In this document: positions 37,109-44,445 of the stretch, piece after piece | Layout: each line of letters opens with the position of its first letter | Numbering within the stretch: position 1 is the first letter of the stretch | From: Candidatus Micrarchaeia archaeon | GTDB taxonomy: Archaea > Micrarchaeota > Micrarchaeia > Micrarchaeales > CABMGC01 | Reading direction: 5' to 3' | Assembly: GCA_049964835.1 (NCBI GenBank) | Contig: JBMFWW010000004.1 | Coordinates: forward strand, 1 to 44,445 | DNA: 44,445 bases | Notes under the pieces: generated by a model | Databases searched by the model: none | Told to the model about the DNA's origin: nothing | What the model saw: the letters and a program-made list of their open reading frames with translations, nothing else | Program-made: the position numbers and the translations under genes

Positions 37109-37582
37109 ATGAAAACAACAAAATCTTATGTAACCTTTGAAGTAACAAAGGAAGTTTCAGATAAAGCGCTTGAAGCAGTAAGGCTTGCAAAGCAGAACGG
37201 CACCGTTAGAAAGGGCGTCAATGAAGTAACAAAGAGTATAGAGCGCGGTTTGTCTACATTAGTCATACTTGCTGAGGATATTGAACCTGAAGAGGTAGTA
37301 ATGCATATACCTACGCTATGTAATCAAAAAAAGATAGCATATGTTTATGTTCCTACCAAATTAGAATTAGGAAAAGCTGTAGGAATGAATGTTCCGTGCT
37401 CATCCGTTGCAATAGAAAAGCCAGGAGATGCGCAATCAGCAGTAAATGAAGTTGTATCTAAAACTACTGGAAAAGCTGCATCTTCAAATCCTGAAGAAAA
37501 ATCAAAGGATGAAAAAGCAAAAGAAGAGAAGCCAAAGAAGGAAAAAGAGAAAAAAGAAGCTAAGAAGGAAGAGTCTGAGTGA
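37109..37582 (+). CDS. rpl7ae: Ribosomal/sRNP protein L7Ae with K/E-rich tail
   Basis: RKGVNEVTKSIERG, AEDIEPEEVVMHIP, ELGKAVG. Confidence 0.96.
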   Translation: MKTTKSYVTFEVTKEVSDKALEAVRLAKQNGTVRKGVNEVTKSIERGLSTLVILAEDIEPEEVVMHIPTLCNQKKIAYVYVPTKLELGKAVGMNVPCSSVAIEKPGDAQSAVNEVVSKTTGKAASSNPEEKSKDEKAKEEKPKKEKEKKEAKKEESE

Positions 37583-37587
37583 TTATA

Positions 37588-37893
37588 ATGCCTGAAGAAA
37601 AAGCCGAACAAAAATCAAAAATTGAAAAAAAGGACAAAGCAGTCCAAACTCAAACTGAGATTAAAGAGGTTTCAAACGAAACAATTTTTGATGGATATCT
37701 AGCAGAGGTAGTTGATGTTGTAAAGGGTAGAACTGGCATATACGGAGAGATAAAGCAAGCTATGTGCAAGATAATGGAAGGCAAAGATAAGGGCAGAGTA
37801 ATAAGAAGAAACTTCGCAGGTAAGATACAGAAAGGAGATATAATAAGACTTCCTGACACAAGCAGAGAGGATAAAAGAATAATAGCAAGGTAA
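37588..37893 (+). CDS. rps28e: 30S ribosomal protein S28e with N-terminal extension
   Basis: AEVVDV..GRTGIYGE..Q..CKI.EG.DKGRVIRRN..G....GDI. Confidence 0.93.
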   Translation: MPEEKAEQKSKIEKKDKAVQTQTEIKEVSNETIFDGYLAEVVDVVKGRTGIYGEIKQAMCKIMEGKDKGRVIRRNFAGKIQKGDIIRLPDTSREDKRIIAR

Positions 37894-37898
37894 GTTAA

Positions 37899-38048
37899 AT
37901 GAAATGTTCATATTGTCAAAAAGAGATAGAGCAAGGAACTGGCTTCGCTTTTATAAGAAAAAGCGGAGTAGCAAGATACTTTTGTTCTAGAAGATGTTAC
38001 AAGTTCAACGTTACCTTTGACAGAAAGTTAAGGAACAAAGAGAAGTAA
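37899..38048 (+). CDS. rpl24e: 50S ribosomal protein L24e
   Basis: 49 aa MKCSYCQKEIEQGTG...FCSRRC; canonical position after L7Ae-S28e. Not in ORF track. Confidence 0.93.
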   Translation: MKCSYCQKEIEQGTGFAFIRKSGVARYFCSRRCYKFNVTFDRKLRNKEK

Positions 38049-38062
38049 TGAGTAATTAACAT

Positions 38063-38098
38063 ATCTTTTTCTTCTTTTTACATTACTTTTTATCTTTT
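38063..38098 (+). terminator. Oligo-T rich putative terminator of the ribosomal operon
   Basis: T-runs right after the rpl24e stop. Confidence 0.45.
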
Positions 38099-38143
38099 GC
38101 CGTTAATTTATATTAATTAGTAATAAGTGCTAGAGGTAATCAT

Positions 38144-39304
38144 TTGGAAGAACTTGTTTTTAAAGAAAAGGTCATTATACTTCATTTTGGTGAATTATGG
38201 CTAAGAGGACGCAACAGAAATAAGTACATATTCACATTAATAAGAAACATTAAAAATGCTTTAAAAGAGTATGAGTACTCTCTTGTGTATTATTATGATA
38301 GATTAATACTTAAATCATTTAAAGAAACTGATTTAGATAAAATAACAGCTATAGTAAGTAAGATCTTCGGAATAAGTTCATTTGAAATTGGAATTGTCTC
38401 AAAACCAACTCTCCAGCAGATAAAAGCCACATCGAAACCGTTTTTAATTAAAAATAAGGGTAAAACCATAAAGATAAATTCCCATAGATCATTTAAAGAG
38501 CATAAATTTGACTCTGTGCAGATAATAAGTGAGCTTACCAAACTTGCTAAAAAATTAGATGTGAAAATTTCAAATAGGGAGTATGATGCGGAGATATTTA
38601 TCAGTGTAGCTAAAGAACATGCTTTTATATATGAAGAAAAACTACGTGGTTCTGGTGGTTTACCAGTAGGTACATCTGGAAAAGCAGTTATACTTTTATC
38701 TGGAGGTATAGACTCTCCAGTTGCTGCATGGTATGCAATGAAGAGAGGGTTACAGCCCATATTTTTACATGTGCATGCATATGAAAACAACGATGAAGCA
38801 TATAATTTAAAGATGGGTTCTTTATATAAAATCTTATCTAGCTACTCTACAAAATCAAAACTTTATATATTTCCTTCTAAGATCTTCGAAGCGTATTCCG
38901 CTTCATTTGGAGTAAGTAGAGAAAGCACAGTTTTAGTAAAAGCATTTATGCTAAGATTAGCTGATAAAATAGCCGACTTAGAAAAAACTCCATTAATTTA
39001 TACCGGAGAAAGCCTTGGCCAGGTTTCATCACAAACAGCATGGAATCTTCTTGCAGAAAGTATTGATATAAAGAATGTTATATTAAGGCCATTAATAGGA
39101 ATGGATAAAGAAGAGATAGTTTCTATTGCAAGAAAGATCTCAACATTTGACATATCAATTAAATTGTACAAGGACGTGTGCACATTAAATTCAAATAATG
39201 CATCTACATCTGTAAGAAAAAGTAGTATGGGAAATATTGTAGATCTTGTTAAGATGGATAAGATAATTGAAAATACACTTAAAGAAGGAAAAGTTTTTAT
39301 ATAA
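38144..39304 (+). CDS. thiI: tRNA 4-thiouridine synthase ThiI (THUMP + PP-loop)
   Basis: GELWLRGRNR, GGLPVG, LLSGGIDSPVA, TGESLGQVSSQT, RPLIGMDKEEI. Confidence 0.93.
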   Translation: MEELVFKEKVIILHFGELWLRGRNRNKYIFTLIRNIKNALKEYEYSLVYYYDRLILKSFKETDLDKITAIVSKIFGISSFEIGIVSKPTLQQIKATSKPFLIKNKGKTIKINSHRSFKEHKFDSVQIISELTKLAKKLDVKISNREYDAEIFISVAKEHAFIYEEKLRGSGGLPVGTSGKAVILLSGGIDSPVAAWYAMKRGLQPIFLHVHAYENNDEAYNLKMGSLYKILSSYSTKSKLYIFPSKIFEAYSASFGVSRESTVLVKAFMLRLADKIADLEKTPLIYTGESLGQVSSQTAWNLLAESIDIKNVILRPLIGMDKEEIVSIARKISTFDISIKLYKDVCTLNSNNASTSVRKSSMGNIVDLVKMDKIIENTLKEGKVFI

Positions 39305-39332
39305 TTTAGTTATAATATATTGAGTTCTTTGT

Positions 39333-40799
39333 ATGCAGGAAAAAAGGCCAGATAATAAACCAGTTCACGAGAACATAATACTTTTTGTAATAACAATAGG
39401 GGTTGTAATGGCCTCTATTGATTCTACAATAGTACTTCTTGCATTTCCTGCAATAACCTCTGCATTAAAGTCAAACTTTGCAACCATACTTTGGGTTATT
39501 TTAATATACATACTCGTTACTGCTGTTCTTTCTTTGCAATTAGGAAGAGTGGGCGATATATTTGGAAGAGGAAGAATGTACAATCTTGGCTTTGCCATCT
39601 TCACTGTAGCTTCTTTATTATGTGGTCTTGCATCTACTGCAGTAGAGTTAATAATTTTTAGGTCGATGCAAGCAGTAGGGGGAGCACTTTTACAATCTAC
39701 AAGTACTGCGATAATAGCTGATATTTTCAAAAAAGGAAATATAGGAAGAGCTTTTGGTTTTACGGCAATAGGATGGAGTCTTGGTGCCGTTTTAGGAATA
39801 ATACTTGGAGGATTTATAACGACATTTTTAGGCTACCAGTACATATTCTTCATAAATGTTCCTATAGGAATACTAGCATTCTTCTTAGGTGTAAAGTATC
39901 TCAAGGATAACAACAAACACGAATCAAAAATAGATATTCCAGGAATGATTTTACTAGGAATTGCAATAACATTACTTGTATATGGTGGAATAGATATAGC
40001 AGTTGTTGGATTAACAATTTTTGTATTGGGAATACTTATTTTAGGTATAATATTATTGCTTCTTTTCATATTAAATGAGAAAAAATCTAAATTTCCAACT
40101 ATAGACTTCGTTTCACTGAAAAATAAGATATTTAGAAACTCATTGATAGCTGCATTCTTTCAGAGTATGGGATTCATAGGAGCAACATTTATGCTTATAA
40201 TGTATTTACAAGGAGTCAAGGGATACACTCCATTCTTTGCGTCTTTGCTTCTAGTTCCAGGTTATATAATAAGCGCAATAGTAGCACCAAAAATGGGAAG
40301 ATATTCAGACAAATATGGAGCAAGAGAACTTGCAACAATAGGGATAGGATTAATAATACTAGGTATAATGGTCTATTTGTATACTGTAAGTTATAACGCA
40401 TCAGTTTATTTGATAGTGATAGGATCTGGAATAGTAGGTATTGGGGGTGCAATGTTTTATCCTGCAAACAGTAACGCGCTAATGTCAAACTCGAATAAAA
40501 GTTCTTATGGCTCTGCGTCTGGATTATTAAGATTATTTTCAAACATGGGTCTTATAAGCAGTTTTGTTATAGTGATAGTCGCTGCAGCGTCAGCGATACC
40601 TAGTTCATTAGCATTTCAGATCTTTGTAGGTAGTTCAAAACTTACCTCTATAGAATCTGCAGGTTTTATAACCGGAATGCAATTTTCACTCTTAGTTCTT
40701 ATTGTTATACTAATTATTGCAGGAATTGCATCTGCAACAAGAGGCAAACATATACGAGTAGAAGAAGAAAAGGTACACCGCCAAATTCCAACAGAGTAA
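39333..40799 (+). CDS. MFS transporter, DHA2 (14-TM) type
   Basis: DSTIVLLAFP, GRVGDIFGR motif A, FFINVPIG, DIPG, YLQGVKG. Confidence 0.92.
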   Translation: MQEKRPDNKPVHENIILFVITIGVVMASIDSTIVLLAFPAITSALKSNFATILWVILIYILVTAVLSLQLGRVGDIFGRGRMYNLGFAIFTVASLLCGLASTAVELIIFRSMQAVGGALLQSTSTAIIADIFKKGNIGRAFGFTAIGWSLGAVLGIILGGFITTFLGYQYIFFINVPIGILAFFLGVKYLKDNNKHESKIDIPGMILLGIAITLLVYGGIDIAVVGLTIFVLGILILGIILLLLFILNEKKSKFPTIDFVSLKNKIFRNSLIAAFFQSMGFIGATFMLIMYLQGVKGYTPFFASLLLVPGYIISAIVAPKMGRYSDKYGARELATIGIGLIILGIMVYLYTVSYNASVYLIVIGSGIVGIGGAMFYPANSNALMSNSNKSSYGSASGLLRLFSNMGLISSFVIVIVAAASAIPSSLAFQIFVGSSKLTSIESAGFITGMQFSLLVLIVILIIAGIASATRGKHIRVEEEKVHRQIPTE

Positions 40800-40899
40800 T
40801 AAATCATAGTAGTTTTTAGCACGAACAAGGGATTTAGGATTAGATATTTTTCAAGTTTAATAGAAAAGTATTTATATCATATTATAAAAAACATAATCT

Positions 40900-41454
40900 A
40901 TGCAAAAAAGGTTCAATCTCCTTAGAACTGCCGGTTACATTGAGTTAAGATATAAAGAACTTAAAAGAACATTGAGAGATATCGAAGAAAACTGCATTGT
41001 AAAAATACACAAAAAGGACTTTTTCTTTAAAAAAGAGGATGGATTTACACTTAATGATTCAGAACAAATCCACTTTCAATATAAATGGCTTGAAAAAGTT
41101 AATGAAGCACTAGAAGAGATCACTCCAAAACCGATAGCTTTTTTGAAGATAGGGAGAGATTATGGCTATTTAATGGATATTGTTAATGGAGAAACATTAG
41201 AACAAAAACTCAAAAATCCGGAATCAAAAGAAAAAATTAAAAGAGAGTTTAATTTTGATTTGCTTTATGACTCGATTAAAGAATTACATAGAAGAGAACT
41301 GCCACATGGCGATTTGGACCCTTCCAATATAATGATTTCACACAATAATAGATTTGTCCTCATAGATCCGTTTAAACACCCATCTCTATCAGATGGTATA
41401 CACGATGACCTTTCTAATTTGAAGAGAGTTCGTGAATTTGTATTTAATGCTTAA
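40900..41454 (+). CDS. Small protein-kinase-like fold protein
   Basis: VKIH, TPKPI, LMDIVNG, LH...HGDLDPSNIM, LIDP. Confidence 0.75.
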   Translation: MQKRFNLLRTAGYIELRYKELKRTLRDIEENCIVKIHKKDFFFKKEDGFTLNDSEQIHFQYKWLEKVNEALEEITPKPIAFLKIGRDYGYLMDIVNGETLEQKLKNPESKEKIKREFNFDLLYDSIKELHRRELPHGDLDPSNIMISHNNRFVLIDPFKHPSLSDGIHDDLSNLKRVREFVFNA

Positions 41455-41519
41455 TGTAATTTTTATTAAATAGTAAATTTTCTTTTTTTTAACTAATAAA
41501 ATTGATATATAATTACTGT

Positions 41520-42027
41520 TGTAGTATCCCGATTTAATGTCATCTCGATAATTAATCTCATCATTTTACCTTTTATTTGTTTCTTATTCAGCCGTTTTTC
41601 GTGTCATCCTCTCAAAATATGCAATTTTTTGAGTGGTGTCAAGACTCAGATGTGGCATGTTGTTATAACACTCAACAACTTTGTCCAAATCAAATCCAAA
41701 ATGTTTGTATAGTTTGTCTGTTGAGCCAAACCAGCGTTCAATCTTACCATTGGATTGTGGTCTTTTTACCCTAAACAGTATATGTTCTATGCCTCGTTTC
41801 TTTAGTTTTTCTCTAAATTTGTATTCCTTTTCCTTATTAGCACAGAATTTGATTCCAGGATCAGTCATCACTTGTTTCGGAACGCTCCATTCGCGTATTG
41901 CACTGTCAAGTACAAACAATGCATTTTCTGTTGCAGCATTATTGAATTTGCCTCTTCCGACCACTTTTCTAGAGGCATCATCTACATATGCGATAACATG
42001 TTTTCCATCTTCTGTGTCTGTGTAGAT
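41520..42027 (-). mobile_element. 5'-truncated IS481-family element (rve/DDE integrase core) with one terminal sequence
   Basis: Minus frame TDTEDGKHVIAYVDDASR...VMTDPG..F...GIEHI...PQSNGKIERWF...YN..PH.SL; TGTAGTATCCCG end at 41520; no HTH region. Confidence 0.8.
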
Positions 42028-42248
42028 TTTTTAAAACACTACTTCTAAAAGTGCTTAACAGAAATAAAATAATTATACTTAAGCGAGATTATAATCCTCA
42101 TATCTGTAGTGTCACCTCAACTTTGCGTGAGCTAAGCATTCTACAACAAGAAGTAATCCAACATTTTTATAGTATTTCTAAAAGAATCTTAGCATAGTAT
42201 ATTTTTATAAGAAGACCATACTTTTTAATATATTAAATATAAAATAAA

Positions 42249-42278
42249 AATAGGTAGATAGTTAATAGGTAGATAGTT
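42249..42278 (+). repeat. 15-bp tandem duplication AATAGGTAGATAGTT x2
   Basis: Exact direct repeat read from the sequence. Confidence 0.9.
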
Positions 42279-42796
42279 ATTAAACCGCAAATAAGCTTAA
42301 AACAATTTTTATTCTTACAAATAAAAAGATTTAATAATATTCTTACAATATTTTAGTATTTCTAATATTATCTATACTTTTTCTAATTTCCTCTTATTTT
42401 GCAGTTTAACGCACGATCTAACTTACTGAGTATTTACTCAAAATAAAAATTTACATTTAAATATTGCCAAATTAGACCCTATTTTTGTCGTCGGAAGTTG
42501 TTTTGTATAGAAAAATGAGTACGTTTACACCATAATTTTTGTTTTATCATAATCATGAAATCTAGTTTTTATTTTCCATATTTATGCAATAAAAAATGCT
42601 TTATGAGGAAATGGCCTCTCTTTAGAACTGCTTTTTCAAATAATAGGGATGGTTTAACTAATAGGCCTTGTTTTTCATAATTGTGAAATGAGTTACTTTT
42701 TTTAGTTATGTTTTTGTTTCATAAATTTGAAAATCAATAAAACTGAATAAAAAATTTGTATATTTCATTTATATGAAAAACTGTTTATTGTTTGTT

Positions 42797-43128
42797 CTAT
42801 AAGCTCCTCAATGGGCTTTTTAATCCATAAACCTTAGTGTGCAGTTCCTCCCTGACCTTATTATACATTGATTCAGAAAGTGAATCCAGATATGGCATTA
42901 TGATCATGGGGACTGGCCTTTTTGTAGCGGAATAGGCTGGTTGAATATAACTAAATGGGTTTGTTTTGCTCCTAGCCTTTTATAGAAGTTTATTCTTTTA
43001 GCTGCGGTCGGACTTAATGTTTCAGGTTCAACTTCTATAACAACAGGAAGCTTTAGATTTTCTTTCAACATCATAAATGCCTATAACCCATAGCCTCTGC
43101 CCCTGAATTTTTTCTTTATTGCGAAATG
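42797..43128 (-). pseudogene. GNAT acetyltransferase remnant (5'-deleted, internal stop, frameshift)
   Basis: HFAIKKKFRGRGYG L* AFMMLKENLKLPVVIEVEPE...KRINFYKRLGAKQ / PFSYIQPAYSATKRPVPMIIM; stop at 43081-43083, frameshift near 42960. Confidence 0.8.
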
Positions 43129-43411
43129 CAATACTTCTATTATCAGTACCCTTTCGATCCTTAATGCGATAAAATAATGATGGTAGATTCATAAAATATG
43201 GATACTTTTCAAATAGTTCATATCTATATATAATCATTAAAAATAGTATCAGTGAAACGCATGTAAATATAAATGGCGCTATAAAAACCGTTGCTTTTCC
43301 AGTGTATACACTAAAATATATTCCAAAAGTCCAAGAGAATATAACGAGTACTAATCCAATTGCAATGAGCAACCTTGCTGGATCCCCTAATGGATGTCTT
43401 TTAAGAGACGT
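43129..43411 (-). pseudogene. 3'-truncated membrane protein joined out of frame to the GNAT remnant
   Basis: Two TM helices then YPYFMNLPSL; in-frame ACG at 43411 after GGTA looks like a mutated ATG; the tail of ORF 43028..43372 is off-frame GNAT DNA. Confidence 0.6.
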
Positions 43412-43523
43412 AATTACCGTATTTAGTAGACGAAACGCAGCTATTTATGCTTTTTTAGATTAAGTACTTAAATTTTACAAAATAATTTTATATTAATAAA
43501 GTAAAACCTTAATTTTTACCCAA

Positions 43524-44096
43524 TTACTTCCTTTTTAAATCTTTTTTTATTTTATTATTAGTTATAATCTCAAATATCTGAATAGGGGTCATATCAGCAT
43601 CAATGAATTTATATCCCTCTTTTTTTGCCCAGATGTTATCCTCTTTAACCATCTTCACTATTTTATCCTTCTGCTCTTTAGTCTCCCCAAATCTGTGATA
43701 AGCATTTTTATCATTCAGCCTCCGCTTTACCCTTTTTAATGCTAATTTTTCATCTTCATAGAGCCAGAATCGCTTTCCAAACCAACGCTCCATGTGTTCT
43801 GGAACAGGACCTCCGAATAAGTACATCTCTTTATTTCTATTATCATTAATTAATTTCTTTAGACGTTCCATATCTGGAGTCCATTCAAGACCTAACTTTT
43901 CAGCCCATTTATTAACTCTTTTTCCTATTCTAGGTGGCAATTTAATCTTTTTGCCCATTTTATCACGAAAAAAGCCAACAGTCTTATCCCCATCGTAAGC
44001 ATTCTTTCCTTGTTCTTGAAAATATTTACATAATGTTGTTTTTCCAGATCCTGGAGGACCTCCGATGAATATATGCAACTTTTTTGAATGTACCAT
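43524..44096 (-). CDS. P-loop nucleotide/small-molecule kinase-like protein
   Basis: IFIGGPPGSGKTT, YDGD, R...R lid motif, FIDAD. Confidence 0.8.
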   Translation of the reverse strand: MVHSKKLHIFIGGPPGSGKTTLCKYFQEQGKNAYDGDKTVGFFRDKMGKKIKLPPRIGKRVNKWAEKLGLEWTPDMERLKKLINDNRNKEMYLFGGPVPEHMERWFGKRFWLYEDEKLALKRVKRRLNDKNAYHRFGETKEQKDKIVKMVKEDNIWAKKEGYKFIDADMTPIQIFEIITNNKIKKDLKRK

Positions 44097-44158
44097 TTTA
44101 TCACATAATATTATATTATATCTTTTTTAAAATAAAAATCATTAGTTAAATTATTATA

Positions 44159-44441
44159 TTATTTTTTAGCCATAAGTAATCTTACCTTATCTTTATTTAT
44201 CCTAGAATTATATGATTTTATATTTCTTTCATTTGCAGATTTAAATTCATCATTTTTTATCGATGTACTTACTATTGCTCCATCTGAATAAGTTAAAATA
44301 TCATTTTTTTAGAGTATGGCGTCGAGAAGTTTATCAAAGCCCTTTTAGAATCGATGTGTTTTATGATAATTCTCTACATGTAGACACTATCGGACTTTAA
44401 TTCTGTAGACTGTTTTCTTGTTTCAATTTTTTTTCTGCCAT
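44159..44441 (-). pseudogene. Decayed hypothetical ORF
   Basis: MAEKK / IETRKQSTELKSDSVYM*RIIIKHID...KK / NDILTYSDGAIVS...MAKK*; frameshifts in A-runs and one stop. Confidence 0.4.
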
Positions 44442-44445
44442 AATA

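Noticed and set aside
32214..42278. Short tandem duplications (32214-32241, 42249-42278) as CRISPR repeats
   Set aside because: Two abutting copies each, no spacers, too short, no cas genes.
43028..43060. SCC near the end of ORF 43028..43372 as another metal-binding motif
   Set aside because: It arises from off-frame reading of the GNAT remnant (LKLPVVIEV).
1..44445. Alternative genetic code or stop-codon readthrough
   Set aside because: Conserved genes are full length under the standard code and end in TAA, TAG or TGA; internal stops occur only in decayed ORFs.

Overview
AT-rich archaeal chromosome segment with two N-gaps (2854-3162, 3646-4160). Archaeal-type translation genes (aIF-1A, aIF-2beta, EF-2 with diphthamide loop, eL30, uS12, uS7, L7Ae, eS28, eL24, Sec61beta, RpoK) and strongly divergent core proteins suggest a DPANN archaeon, most plausibly Micrarchaeota; this is inference, not verified. 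Three parts: (1) 1-3546, a visibly GC-richer island between an IS200/IS605 tnpA right end and the 3' end of tRNA-Asp, carrying an unusual mercury-resistance module (MerF-like transporter, C2H2-finger/CC-TM/thioredoxin fusion, unannotated 36-aa peptide ending CNCDC, ArsR regulator, MerA); (2) about 3.5-40.8 kb of mostly housekeeping genes, including a minimal diadenylate-cyclase-domain protein, an acidic eL33/L35Ae-like protein and a rearranged str operon whose EF-2 and uS12 carry substitutions at normally near-invariant positions; (3) about 40.9-44.4 kb, a decaying accessory region with an IS481-family remnant and several pseudogenes. No CRISPR array or rRNA seen. All family assignments come from reading motifs by eye; no searches were run.
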